This document shows positions 37,144 through 48,999 of a DNA stretch of 64,000 bases, in pieces. The position numbers were made by a program, and so were the translations under genes. How positions within the stretch are numbered: position 1 is the stretch's first letter; every line of letters starts with the position of its first letter. The notes beneath the pieces are model-generated. The model was not told the DNA's origin. It ran no database searches and was given only the letters and a program-made list of their open reading frames with translations. The stretch covers positions 224,001-288,000 of the forward strand of contig CAVXJS010000019.1 of the NCBI GenBank assembly GCA_963762145.1. The letters run 5' to 3'. The DNA is from an uncultured Candidatus Rokubacteria bacterium (GTDB taxonomy: Bacteria > Methylomirabilota > Methylomirabilia > Rokubacteriales > CSP1-6).

Positions 37144-40100
37144 CTCCCAGCGCGTGTGCCACGCGCTCGTTCAAGTTCGCGAGCTGCTCGACCCGGTCGC
37201 CGGCCTCGTGCAGGTCTCCGGCCTGACCCAGGAGCTCGAGCTCGCGGGCGAGCGCGGCGAGCCCGCCGGCGCCCAGGCTCTCGCTGGTGGACTTCAGCGA
37301 GTGGGCGGCCCGGCGGAAGCCGTCCCGGTCCGTCCGCCCGAGGGCGGCGCGGAGTGCGGTCACCAGGTCCCGGGCGTCGGCGATGAAGGTGTCGATCAGC
37401 TCGACGACGAACGCGCGATCCATGGTGCCCCCGAGCCGCTCGATCACCGCACGGTCCACCACGCTCGCGGCCGGCGTGGCCGCCCCGCGCCGCGGGCTGC
37501 GGCCCAGGGCGGCCACCAGCTCCTCGACACGGATCGGCTTCGCGACGTAGTCGTCCATGCCCGCCGCGGTGCACAGCTCGCGGTCGCCCGGCATGGCGTT
37601 GGCGGTCATGGCCACCAGGCGCGGCCGGCGCTCCCCGGGCCAGCGCCGGTTGATCTCGCGGGAGGCCTCGAAGCCGTCGAGCTCCGGCATCTGCACGTCC
37701 ATGAGGACCACGTCGTAGGTCTGCCGGCCGACCGCGTCGATGGCCTCGAGGCCGTTGGCGGCCAGATCGGCCCGGTAACCCATCTGGCCCAGGATGCGAA
37801 GGGCGACCTTCTGGTTGACCACGTTGTCCTCGGCCACGAGGATGCGCAGCGGGTGCCGGCGGGCCATGTCGGGGTCGAGGTCGGTCTGCCCCATCCGCCG
37901 CTGCGGCACGTGGACCGGCTGCTCGGCAAGGACGGAGACGATGGCGTCGAAGAGCTGGGAGGGCTTGATGGGCTTGTTGAGATACGCGGCGAAGCCGGCC
38001 TCCTCCGCGCGCGCCTCGCGGCGGCCCAGCGAGGTGAAGAGGATCAGCGGCAAGGCCGTCCCGGCCGGTTGCTCGCGGATGGCCCGCGCCAGCGCCACGC
38101 CGTCCATCTCCGGCATGTGCATGTCCAGGACGCCGGCGTCGAAGCGCTCGCCGTCCCGGATCCAGCCGAGCGCCTCGGCCGGCGATTCGGTGGCGCGCGC
38201 CCGCATCCCCCAGGTGTCGAGGTGCGAGACGAGGATGCGCCGGTTGGTGGCGTTGTCGTCCACCACCAGGATGCGCTTGTCGTGTAGCGACGGCTGCACG
38301 CCGCTCAGGTCGCGCCGGACGGGGACCGGCGACTCGGCGGCGGGAACTTGGATGGTGAAGCGGAAGTCACTGCCCCCGCCGACCTCGCTGGTGACGCTGA
38401 TCCGACCGCCCATCAGCTCGGTCAGGCGCTGGCTGATCGCCAGCCCGAGCCCGGTGCCGCCGTAGCGGCGGGTGGTGGAGGCGTCGACCTGGCTGAAGGA
38501 CTGGAACAGGCGGCCGAGGCGGTCGGACGGGATGCCGATGCCGGTGTCGCGGACCGAGAAGGTCAGCTCCCACAGGCCGGCGTCGCGATGCGCGGTCACC
38601 GAGAGCACGATCTCGCCGCGCTCGGTGAACTTGACCGCGTTGGAGAGCAGGTTGAGCAGGATCTGGCGCAGGCGCGTGACGTCGCCGACGACCGCGCCGG
38701 GGGTCCCGTCGCCGAAGAGATACGCGAGGTCGAGGTTCTTCTCGGCGGCCCGGCTCGCCACCAGGTCCAGCGCGGACTCGACGCACTCGCGGAGGTCGAA
38801 CGGCTGGGCCTCGAGCTCGAGCCGGCCCGCCTCGATCTTGGAGAAGTCGAGGATGTCGTTGATCACGGTGAGGAGCGCGTCGCCGCTCTGCCGCACGATC
38901 TCCGCGTACTCGCGCTGCTCGTCGGTCAGCGCGGTGTTGAGGAGCAGCCCGCTCATGCCGATCACCGCGTTCATCGGGGTGCGGATCTCGTGGCTCATGG
39001 TGGCCAGGAAGGCGCTCTTGGCCTCGTTGGCCGCCTCCGCCTCCCGCCGGGCCAGGAGGAGCTCGGTGATGTCGTGGTAGATCCCGATCATGCCCATCCG
39101 GGTGCCGTCCACGACCACCGGCATGGACGAGATCTCGACGTCCACGATGCTGCCGTCCTTGCGGGCGCGCCGGCCGATCGCGCGGATCCATTCCCCGTCG
39201 AGGGTCTGGCGGATGTTGGCGCGCACCTCTTCCCGCTTTCCCGGGGCGGCCACCAGGTCCTCCATGCGGCGCCCGAGCGCCTCCGCCGGGGTATGACCGA
39301 AGAGGCGCTCGGCGCCGGGATTCCAGCCCGCCACGGTGCCCTGCAGATCCATCGTGACGATGGCCACCGGGCTGGTCTCGACGAGAGCCTCGGAGTACTG
39401 CTTCTGTCGGTGGATCTCGCGGAACAGCTCCGCGTTGTGGATGGCCAGTCCCGACTGGGTCGCGAAGGTCTGGAGCATGGCCACGACCTCGGGCGAGAAC
39501 GCGCCGCGCTCGCGCCGCAGGATGACGAGGCCGCCCAGCAGGCGGTCTTCCCGCACCAGCGGCACCGCGAGGAGCGAGCGCAGCCCCTGCTGGATGAGGA
39601 GGCGCTGGACCTGGGGGGCGACGAGGCGGGCCGCGGCCTCGACGTCCGCGACCTCCACGGGGGCCCGCTCGACCCCCGCCCGCCCGATTGCGCCCTCGCC
39701 GAGCCGGATCGGCGCGGCGCGCACCGCCTCCAGGAACGCGGACGGGATCTGGTGGGCGACGCGGGCGTGGAAGCTCTGGCTCGATTCGTCGAACTCGTAG
39801 ACGATACCGCCGGCGCTGCCGGAGAGCTCGACCGCGCGGCTGACGATGGTGGCCAGCACGGTCTCGAGGTCCAGCGTGGAGCTGACCGCGCGGCTCACCT
39901 CGCCGAGCGCCTGGAGCTCGCTGACCGAGTGGGTGAGCTGGCCCGTCCGGGCTTCCAGCTCCTTGAAGAGGCGGACGTTCTCGATCGCGATCACCGCCTG
40001 GTCGGCGAAGGTCTGCATCAGGCTGATCTGCCGGTCGCCGAAGCCGCGTGCCTCGGCGCGCCAGCACGCGATGACCCCGACCACGGTGTCGTCCCGCAGC

Positions 40101-42171
40101 ATCGGGACGGCGAGGAACGAGCGGTACCCGCCCGCCCGCTGGGTCGCCGCGCGGAGCGGATTGGCCGGCAGCGAGAGCACGTCGTCCACGTGGATGACCC
40201 GGCGCTCGAGGACCGCCTGGCCGATGGCCACCTCGGGCCCCGGCCGATAGGGGAAGAAGTCCACCCAGGCCTGGAGGATCTGCTCGCGGCCGGGGCCGTG
40301 GACCGACCCCTGGTGGAGCATCTCGCCGTCGAAGCGCAGCAGCGCGCCCGCGAACGCCTCGCACAGGCGGACCGCGCTCTCCACGATGGCGTCGAAAACC
40401 GGCTCCACGTCGGTGGGCGAGCTCGAGATCACGCGGAGGATCTCGCCGGTCGCGGTCTGCTGCTCCAGCGTCTCGGTCAGGTCGCGGTTGCGGCCGTCGA
40501 GCTCGGTGAAGAGGCGCACGTTCTCGATCGCGATGACGGCCTGGTCCGCGAAGGTCTTGAGGAGCTCGATCTGGCGGTCGGAGAAGTGCCCCACCTGCGA
40601 CCGTCCGACTGCGATCGCCCCGATCGGGCGGCCCTCCCGGATCATCGGGACCGCGACGATGCTGCGAAAGGTGACGACGCGCGCGACCGGGCCGAGGGTG
40701 AAGTCGGGATCTGCGTCGATGTCGGGGATGTGGGCGACGATGCCGTCGAGGATCGACCGCCCCGCGGCGCTACCGCGATTCGGCGGAGCGGAGAAGGCGC
40801 GGCGTACGGCCTCCGTCGCTTCGGTGGTGTGACCATGGCCGGCCACGAAGTGGAGCAGCTCGCCGTCGAACCGAAAGACCTGGCAGACGGTCCCCTCGCA
40901 CAGGCGGGCCGCGCTCTGAGCGATCGTGTCGAACACGGGCTGAGCGTCGGTGGGCGAGCTGGAGATGACCCGCAGGATCTCGCCGGTGGCGGTCTGCTGC
41001 TCGAGGGTCTCGGTCAGCTCGCGGTTGCGGGCCTGGACCTCGGTGAACAGGCGCACGTTCTGGATCGCGATGACCGCCTGCGCCGCGAAGGTCTTGAGCA
41101 GCTCGATCTGGGTCTCGGTGAAAGGACGCGGGGTGGTCCATCGGTGGACGACGATGGCCCCGACCGGAGCGCCCTCGTGGAGGATCGGAACACACAGGAC
41201 ACTCCGGAGTCCGACCCGGCGCAGCGAGTCGAGATCGAAGGTGGGGTCGTCGAGCACATCGGGGACGTGGGCGGCATTGCCGGTCAGGATCGCGCGGCCG
41301 GCCACACTGCCCAGCGTCGCCTCCATCGGGTAGATCTGGCGAAGGACCGCGCCGCCTTCCGAGCTCGTGTTGTCCAGGGACCGGAGGTTGATCAGCCGGC
41401 CGTCGTAGGTGAACACCGCGCCGGAGTCGGCGTTGCACAGACGCCGCGCGTTGCCGGCGATCGTGTCGAAGACGGGCTGGACGTCGGTGGGCGAGCTCGA
41501 GATGACGCCCAGGATCTCGCCGGTCGCGGTCCGCTGCTCGAGAGTCTCGGTCAGCTCGCGGTTGCGGGACTCGAGCTCGGTGAAGAGGCGGACGTTCTCG
41601 ATCGCGATGACCGCCTGGTCGGCGAAGGTCTGCACGAGCGCGATCTGGGCTGCGGTGAAGGGGCGGACCTGGCGACGGCCACAGCCGATCACGCCGATCG
41701 GCACCCGGTTGCGGAGGATCGGGATGGCCAGGAACGTCCGGTAGGGCGCCGCACGCTGGAGCACCTGCAGGGTGTGCGGATCGTAGGCGGGATCCTCCAG
41801 CACGTCCTCGCAATGGACCGCCCGGCCCTCCACGAACGCGCGGCCCATGATGAACCCGCGGTGCGCCGGTCGGGGAAGAGGCTCTGGTAGGCTCGGGTCT
41901 CCGCGGGGGACATGTTGTTGATCGCGGTCAGGTGAAGCAGGCCGTCATCATCGAGCCGCGCCACCGCGCTGAATCCGGCCTCGCACAGCCGCGCCGCGCT
42001 GGTCACGATCGCGTCGAACACGGGCTGGACGTCGTCCGGCGAGCTGGAGATGACCCGCAGGATCTCGGCGGTCGCCGCCTGCTGCTCGAGCGCCTCGGCC
42101 AGGCGCCCGGCCGAGCCGCCGGTCGAGGGGGCTCGACGGGTGGAGGAGGCACCGCGCCGGGCGGGCTTCAC
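37118..42171 (-). CDS. Hybrid histidine kinase: 5xGAF-PAS-HisKA-HATPase-2xREC-HPt, with a frameshift at about 41872
   Basis: Repeated [20 protein letters not shown] / [48 protein letters not shown]. ORFs 41689-42171 and 37118-41848 join if one C is added. Confidence 0.9.
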
Positions 42172-42319
42172 CGCGGCGGCCTTGATCTTCCTTGATTTCG
42201 CCTTCCGGGGGATAGCCCTCTCCTTGCGCGAGTGGCCGGCGCCCTGGAGCGGGCCGGGGACCGGACGACAGGCTAAGCGAAGGGGCCCCGCAGAGCAAGC
42301 CCGGTCGAGGCGCTGCCGG

Positions 42320-42832
42320 TCAGGCCTCCGCGCCGGTCTGGGTGTGGCTCCGGAAGGTCACGGTCTCGTCCCCGATCCGCACCCGGGCGTCCCAGGTGAT
42401 GTCGATGGCCCCCTGCACGCTCTGGTGGGCCGGGCAGCCTTGCGGGTGCAGCGCCAGCGCCCGCTCGGTCGCGTCCCGGCTCTCGGCGGGCACCGCGAGC
42501 TCGTAATGGACGTGGATGGACCTGATGCGGATGGTCTTGCCGACCCCGACGATGCGGCCTTCCACGGTGGCGACATAGCCGTCACGGTCGAACGCGATCT
42601 TGCGCCCTGCCAGGGCGCCGCGCAGCGTGCCGTACATTCAGCCGGCGACGGCCGCGACGATGTGGTCGAGGGTGGAGGCGACCGGCGGCCCTTCCGCGAC
42701 GCCGTAGTACTCGCGGAGCTTGCCCTGCACGCCGTAGACCACCGGAGCGGGGACCTCGCCCAGGTAGGCGTGGCGGTAGCCGTGCCGGTTCTCGAGACGG
42801 GCCTGAGAGATGTATTCGAAGTCGTCGGGCAT
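42320..42832 (-). CDS. OsmC/Ohr-like protein with in-frame UGA (probable selenocysteine)
   Basis: ORFs 42638-42832 and 42320-42637 abut in the same frame: DHIVAAVAG-UGA-MYGTL...HPQGCPAHQSV. The UGA falls at the first conserved OsmC Cys. Confidence 0.8.
42602..42618 (-). promoter_or_regulatory. Candidate bacterial SECIS hairpin
   Basis: mRNA GCGCCCU-GGC-AGGGCGC; the loop begins with G at position +27 after the UGA. Confidence 0.65.
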
Positions 42833-42947
42833 GAAAGCCTCCTCGGGTTGTTTGGACGTGGCCGGGGGCGGCCGCGGTCAAACTCTAGCATCCGGCCGCC
42901 TTGAGCTGCGCGCGGAACGTGGTTAGCATGCGTCGCGGAGGGGCGCG

Positions 42948-43373
42948 ATGTCGGCAGAAGACAACAAGGCACTGGTGCGTCGGATCCTGGCGGAAGTGCG
43001 CGACGGGTGGACCCAGGCGGTCATCGACCAGTTCTTCGCGCCGGACTACCGCCGCCATCTCACGCCGACCGGCCCACACCTCACTCGCGAAGAGCAGCGG
43101 GAACGGGCCTCGAGACTGCGGGTTGCGTTTCCGGACGCCGAGGCCACGCTGGACGACATGCTCGCCGAGAGGGACCGCGTGGCATATCGGCTCACCATTC
43201 GCGGAACCCATCAGGGCTCCTTCCTCGGCGTGGCCCCAACCGGCCGTCGCGTGACGGTCTCGTTTTTCGCGATCGTCCGCGTCGAGAATGGCAGGCTCGC
43301 CGAGGAGTGGGGCGGCCTCGACCAGGTGGACCTGCTCCGGCAACTCCGAGAGCCGAGCGAGCCGTCCCGCTGA
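42948..43373 (+). CDS. SnoaL-like ester cyclase (NTF2 fold)
   Basis: AEDNKALVRR, AFPD, GTHQG.FLGVAPTGR, LAEEW. Confidence 0.88.
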   Translation: MSAEDNKALVRRILAEVRDGWTQAVIDQFFAPDYRRHLTPTGPHLTREEQRERASRLRVAFPDAEATLDDMLAERDRVAYRLTIRGTHQGSFLGVAPTGRRVTVSFFAIVRVENGRLAEEWGGLDQVDLLRQLREPSEPSR

Positions 43374-43419
43374 GACGCATCCTCGCCCCGCCTCTCGCGA
43401 CGTGTGGCATGATGGCGCC

Positions 43420-44148
43420 ATGGCGGAGGCGGAGCGCGCGGTCGGGCTGGCGATCATGGCCAAGGCGCCGCGGGTAGGGGCCGTGAAGACGCGCCTCTGC
43501 CCGCCTCTTCGCGCTCCCGAGGCGGCCGAGCTGGCGCGGTGCTTCCTGCTGGACACCGTCGACCGGGTGCGGATGGTGGCCGGGGCCCGCCCGATCATCG
43601 GCTACGCGCCGATCGAGGCACAGGGTCTGTTCGAGGAGGCCGCGCCGGGCTTCGCGTTGATTCCGCAGCGCGGCGGCGACCTGGGTGAGCGTCAGCTCCA
43701 CCTGATCGATGACGTCCTCGGGCTGGGCCTTCAGGCGGCGCTGCTGATCGGCACGGACTCGCCGACACTGCCCCGTGAATGTCTGGACGAGGCGGTCGGC
43801 CTGGTCATGGCGCGCGACGTGGACGTGGTGCTGGGCCCCACCGAGGACGGAGGCTATTACCTCGTGGGGATGCGCGCGCCTCATCCTGCCCTGTTCGAGC
43901 ACATGCCGTGGAGCACCCCCACGGTCCTCGCACGCACGCTCGACCGGGCTCAGCGCCAGGGTCTCCGGGTGGCCTGCCTGCCCACGTGGTTCGATGTGGA
44001 CACCGGGGCGGATCTGGAGCGCCTGCGCATCGACCTGGAGGCGTCGCCCGCCACCTGGCCACGCCTCACCCGCGCGTTTCTCGAGCGCCGAATCGTTCGG
44101 GCCGCCGCCGCAGACGGCGGAGGAACAGCGGCTTCACATCGCCGGTGA
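43420..44148 (+). CDS. DUF2064 / TIGR04282-type CofC-like transferase
   Basis: MAKAP..G.VKTRL, Q.GGDLGER, IGTDSP, LGPTEDGGYYL, WST, WFDVD. Confidence 0.88.
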   Translation: MAEAERAVGLAIMAKAPRVGAVKTRLCPPLRAPEAAELARCFLLDTVDRVRMVAGARPIIGYAPIEAQGLFEEAAPGFALIPQRGGDLGERQLHLIDDVLGLGLQAALLIGTDSPTLPRECLDEAVGLVMARDVDVVLGPTEDGGYYLVGMRAPHPALFEHMPWSTPTVLARTLDRAQRQGLRVACLPTWFDVDTGADLERLRIDLEASPATWPRLTRAFLERRIVRAAAADGGGTAASHRR

Positions 44149-44208
44149 TCGCCCGGCGCCCTGCTGGTCCGAGGCGTACACTGAAGCGACCTGGATGAGC
44201 GCCCAAGC

Positions 44209-44898
44209 GTGACGGATCAGGCGCAGCTCGAGGGGCTGGCCGCTCGGGCGCTGGAGCACGTCCGCGACGGGATGCTGGTGGGACTGGGCTCGGGCGCTGC
44301 CGCGACCGCCTTCGTCCGGGCGCTGGGGGTGCGAGTGGGCCGCGGGCTGCAAGTTCGGGGTGTGCCCACGTCGGAGGCGACGGCGCGACTCGCGCGAGAG
44401 GTCGGGGTACCGGTGGTGGGCCTCGATGAAGGGATTCTCGACGTCACGGTGGATGGGGCGGACGAGGTGGATCCAGACCTCGATCTGATCAAGGGCTATG
44501 GCGGCGCGCTGTTGAGGGAGCGGATCGTGGCGAAGGCTTCGCGCCGGCGGATCAACCTGGTGGGTCGCGAGAAGCTCGTACCGGTGCTGGGCAGCCACGG
44601 CCGTCTCCCGGTCGAGGTGATTCCCTTCGCGTGGCCGCTCGTCGTGCGCGAGCTCGCCGCGCTGGGTTGTCGCCCGACGCTGCGCACGACCGAAGGGCAG
44701 CCCTTCGTGACCGACAACGGGAACCGCATCGCCGACTGTGCGGTTCGCGCCATCGAGGCGCCGGCGGCTTTCGACCGCGATCTCCGGGCGATTCCGGGTG
44801 TCGTGGACACGGGACTCTTTCTGGGTATAACCGATCTGGTTCTGGTCGCCGAGCGTGGAGGCATTCGGGAGATGAAGCGAGGAGCGACGAGCCCGTGA
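44209..44898 (+). CDS. rpiA: Ribose-5-phosphate isomerase A
   Basis: GLGSG, DGADEVD, IKGYGGALLRE, TDNGN, PGVVDTGLF. Confidence 0.94.
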   Translation: MTDQAQLEGLAARALEHVRDGMLVGLGSGAAATAFVRALGVRVGRGLQVRGVPTSEATARLAREVGVPVVGLDEGILDVTVDGADEVDPDLDLIKGYGGALLRERIVAKASRRRINLVGREKLVPVLGSHGRLPVEVIPFAWPLVVRELAALGCRPTLRTTEGQPFVTDNGNRIADCAVRAIEAPAAFDRDLRAIPGVVDTGLFLGITDLVLVAERGGIREMKRGATSP

Positions 44899-44914
44899 CG
44901 CGGTTGCGGTCCTG

Positions 44915-45668
<754 letters not shown>

Positions 45669-45670
<2 letters not shown>

Positions 45671-45742
45671 CCCAGATCGTGGAGCGGCACCGCCTACTGG
45701 CCCGTGGAGGCCGCCGCAGCGGGTCAGCCCAGATCGTGGAGC
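45669..45742. repeat. 17-bp direct repeat AGCCCAGATCGTGGAGC (45669-45685 and 45726-45742)
   Basis: Exact duplication of the last codons of the M20 gene. Confidence 0.85.
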
Positions 45743-47208
45743 AGGCGCGCCGTAGTCAGCACACCCTGGTAGAGGTGGTCGAGACGCAGATGCTCGTTGG
45801 GGCTGTGCTGGCGATTGTTGGCGTTGGCGTAGGGCACCACGATGGTGGGCAGCTTCAGGATGTCGGTGAACGCCCAGAGCGGCACGCTGCCCCCCATGGT
45901 CGGCAGGACCACCGCGGGCTCCCCGCCGTGCGCGCGCTCCACGGCCTCGATGACCTCTCGCGAGATCGGCAGATCCGCGGCGGTCTTGGCCGGATCGTAG
46001 CCTCGCCGCTCCACGACCCGGACCGCGCGCCCGCGTAGCTCGTCCGGGATCGGCGCGTCTGCCGACTCGATCACGGTGAGGCCCTGCGCGCGGATGTGAT
46101 CGAGGATCCGCCGGTACACCACCTCCACGCGCTGGTTCTTCACGAGCCGGGCGTCGAACGCCACCGTGGCGTGGCTCGGGATGATGGTCTGCGCTTCCCG
46201 GCCGGTGAAGCCGCTCTTGAGCCCGCGGATGGTGAGCGAGGAGCGGAACATGAGCCGCTCGAGGTACTCGGAGGGCAGGGGCACGCCGAGCTCCCGCTCG
46301 ATCGCGCCGCGGTCGAGGGGGATGCGCCCCATCAGCTCGCGCTCGGCCGCGGTGGGCGGGACCACGCCCTCCTCGAGGCCTTCCACGAGCGGCGTGCCGT
46401 CCGGCGCGGCCATCGAGGCGAGCAGGCCGACCAGGCGCCAGGCCGGATTCGGGACGCTGAAGTTCCCGGAGTGCACGTCACGCCGGGCCGCCTCGAGGGT
46501 CAGCTCCAGCGACAGGATGCCGCGCGCGCCGAAGGCCACGGTGGGCCGACCGCTCGCGTCCTTCGGCCCGTCCATCACCAGCGCGACGTCGGCCGCGAGG
46601 AGGTCGCGGTGCCGCTCGGTGAACGAGCCAAAGTTGGTGCTGCCCATCTCCTCCTCGCCGTCGAAGATGAACTTGAGCGCCACCCGGGGGGCGATACCGT
46701 GCGCTCGCATGAGCTCGAGGGCCGTGAGATGGGCCCAGATGGGCCCCTTGTCGTCGGAGGCGCCCCGGGCGTAGAGCCGGTGCTGCGGCAGGAGGTCGTC
46801 CGCGACGTCCGCGAGGCCCAGGACGGGCGAGCCCTCCTCGGCCGTGCCTCGACGGAGCACCGGCTCGAAGGGTGACGGCTGGAGCCACCCGGCCGGAGGG
46901 GCGGGCTTGACGTCATAGTGGCAGTAGATCAGCACGGTTCGGCGGGCCCCCGGCAGGAGGAGAGATCCGTAAACAGTGGGATTTCCGCCCGTTTCCATGA
47001 CACGGGCCTCGAGGCCGCGAGCCGTCATTCCCTGGGCGAGCCATGCGCCGCCGGCTCGGACGCCCTCCGGGTTCTGGCTCACCGTATCGAGGCGCAGGAA
47101 TTGGGCCAGGCCTTCCATGATGGGCCGATGACGGGCGGTGATCGCCGCCCGAAGGTTGGCCCAGGCGACCTCATCCGCCACCTTGGGTATCACCTTGGGG
47201 GTGGTCAT
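45724..47208 (-). CDS. M20 family metallo-dipeptidase
   Basis: YCHYDV, ARGASDDKGP, DGEEE, HSGN, QHSPNE. Confidence 0.92.
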   Translation of the reverse strand: MTTPKVIPKVADEVAWANLRAAITARHRPIMEGLAQFLRLDTVSQNPEGVRAGGAWLAQGMTARGLEARVMETGGNPTVYGSLLLPGARRTVLIYCHYDVKPAPPAGWLQPSPFEPVLRRGTAEEGSPVLGLADVADDLLPQHRLYARGASDDKGPIWAHLTALELMRAHGIAPRVALKFIFDGEEEMGSTNFGSFTERHRDLLAADVALVMDGPKDASGRPTVAFGARGILSLELTLEAARRDVHSGNFSVPNPAWRLVGLLASMAAPDGTPLVEGLEEGVVPPTAAERELMGRIPLDRGAIERELGVPLPSEYLERLMFRSSLTIRGLKSGFTGREAQTIIPSHATVAFDARLVKNQRVEVVYRRILDHIRAQGLTVIESADAPIPDELRGRAVRVVERRGYDPAKTAADLPISREVIEAVERAHGGEPAVVLPTMGGSVPLWAFTDILKLPTIVVPYANANNRQHSPNEHLRLDHLYQGVLTTARLLHDLG

Positions 47209-47322
47209 GGCCTACCTTACCTGCCGGGACTGCCCGGTACCAGGCCTTTGGGGCCCTGTCCGGGAAATTGGACTATTCGGACCCCTTCTCGGTAGAGTCG
47301 ATGCTCACGTGACCGCCCGGCC

Positions 47323-48987
47323 ATGTCTCCCACTCGAGATCGCTCCGTGAAGAAGCGCCGCGCCTTCCTGGCGGTGGTCATGATCCTCGACCTCTGCCTG
47401 GCCAATGCCTGCCTCCTCGCCGGCCCCGTGGTCGCGCCGGCGGTGGCCCAGCAGTCCGAGGCCGACGTGTTCGTCGCGCAGGCCATCCTGGCCTATGACG
47501 GCCGGAAGTACGACGAGGCGCTGGCCTTCCTGAAAGAGGCGCTGGCGCTGGACCCCAGGAACGTCGAGGCCCTCTATTACTCGGGCCTGGTCCTGATGGC
47601 CCAGCAGAAGACCGAGCAGGCGGTGGAGGTGCTGGAGAAGGCCCGGGCGCTCGCGCCGCGCGACCTGTCGATCCTGTTCCTCCTGGGCGTGGCCTATTTC
47701 GCCCTCGAGCGCTACGACCAGGCCGAGGGCCCGCTGACCCAGGTGTTCAACGAGCGGCCCCAGACCGAAGGCGTCGGCTACTACGTCGGCCTGATCCGCT
47801 ACCGGAAGAAGGACTACCAGGGCGCCCTCAAGGCCTTCCGGGCCGAGACCTCGAAGAACCCGAATATCCAGCAGCTCGTCAAGTTCTACTCCGGGCTCAC
47901 CCTCGCCATCCTGGGGCTGCCCGAGCAGGCCGTCGCGGAGGTCGACGCGGCGCTGAGATTCCAGACCGGCTCTGCGCTCACCGGCCCGGCGGAGCGAATC
48001 CGGGACTCCCTGGTCGCCGCGAAGGACACCGAGCGGCGGTTGCGCGCCGAGGTCCGCGTGGGCTTCCTGTACGACAGCAACGTGAGGGTCGAGCCGCAGC
48101 CCAGCCACGACCCCACCGCGGAGTCGTTCCGGCACAACAAGACGGCCACCCCCGGCGAGATCTTCGGGGCCCGGCTCGAGTACACCTGGCTGCGGACCGG
48201 CCCGTGGGAATCGTCGGTCGCGTACTCGTTCTTCCAGACGGTCAACAACCGGGAGGGGCTGTCGACCTTCGACGTGCAGAACCATCTGGTGTCGGCGGCC
48301 CTTTCCTATAAGGGGGCCCTCGCCGGGATGCCCTACCAGGTGGGTACCCAATACTCGTGGGACTACATTTCGCTCGGCGGCGACTCGTTCCTGCAGCGGC
48401 AGAACGTCACGCTCTTCGGAACGCTGGTGGAGAATCAGGCGAATCTGACCACGCTGCTGGCGCGCTTCCAGGGCAAGGATTTCTACGGCATTGTGCAGCA
48501 GCCGCTTGACGAGGATCGCGACGCGCGGAACTTCATGGTGGGGTTCACCCACGTCTTCCGCTTCGCCCAGGACCGGCACTTTATCCGGCTCGGCTACCAG
48601 TACGACTACGAGAATTCGGACGGGCGGAACTACAGCTATGCCGGCAATCGCTTTCTGGCCGGGGGGCAGTACACGCTGCCCTGGGGATCCACGCGGCTCA
48701 AGTACGACTTCGATCTCCACCAGCGCGGATACTTCTACGCGAACACGATCCTGCCCGCGATCAATCCGAACACGCGGCAGCGACAGGACCTCGAGCAGAA
48801 CCACATCTTCCGCGTCGAGCAGGTCCTGGCCACGAACATCGGACCGGTCTCGATCGGCTGTGCGCCGACCGCCCCCTGTCCGCTGACGCTGGCTGCGGAG
48901 TACCAGCGGACGAACGCGGACTCCAACCTGCCGGTCTACGACTACGTCCGGAACGTCTGGTCGCTCACGCTGTCCTGGCAGTACTGA
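47323..48987 (+). CDS. TPR + outer-membrane beta-barrel protein (Slam/DUF560-like)
   Basis: Signal peptide, about 5 TPRs, YDSNV at the barrel start, amphipathic strands, C-terminal SLTLSWQY beta-signal. Confidence 0.75.
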   Translation: MSPTRDRSVKKRRAFLAVVMILDLCLANACLLAGPVVAPAVAQQSEADVFVAQAILAYDGRKYDEALAFLKEALALDPRNVEALYYSGLVLMAQQKTEQAVEVLEKARALAPRDLSILFLLGVAYFALERYDQAEGPLTQVFNERPQTEGVGYYVGLIRYRKKDYQGALKAFRAETSKNPNIQQLVKFYSGLTLAILGLPEQAVAEVDAALRFQTGSALTGPAERIRDSLVAAKDTERRLRAEVRVGFLYDSNVRVEPQPSHDPTAESFRHNKTATPGEIFGARLEYTWLRTGPWESSVAYSFFQTVNNREGLSTFDVQNHLVSAALSYKGALAGMPYQVGTQYSWDYISLGGDSFLQRQNVTLFGTLVENQANLTTLLARFQGKDFYGIVQQPLDEDRDARNFMVGFTHVFRFAQDRHFIRLGYQYDYENSDGRNYSYAGNRFLAGGQYTLPWGSTRLKYDFDLHQRGYFYANTILPAINPNTRQRQDLEQNHIFRVEQVLATNIGPVSIGCAPTAPCPLTLAAEYQRTNADSNLPVYDYVRNVWSLTLSWQY

Positions 48988-48999
48988 GGAACGACGCGG

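Noticed and set aside
39960-42100. Regularly spaced near-identical DNA repeats (CRISPR-like?)
   Set aside because: The period is about 540 bp and in frame; these are GAF linker repeats.
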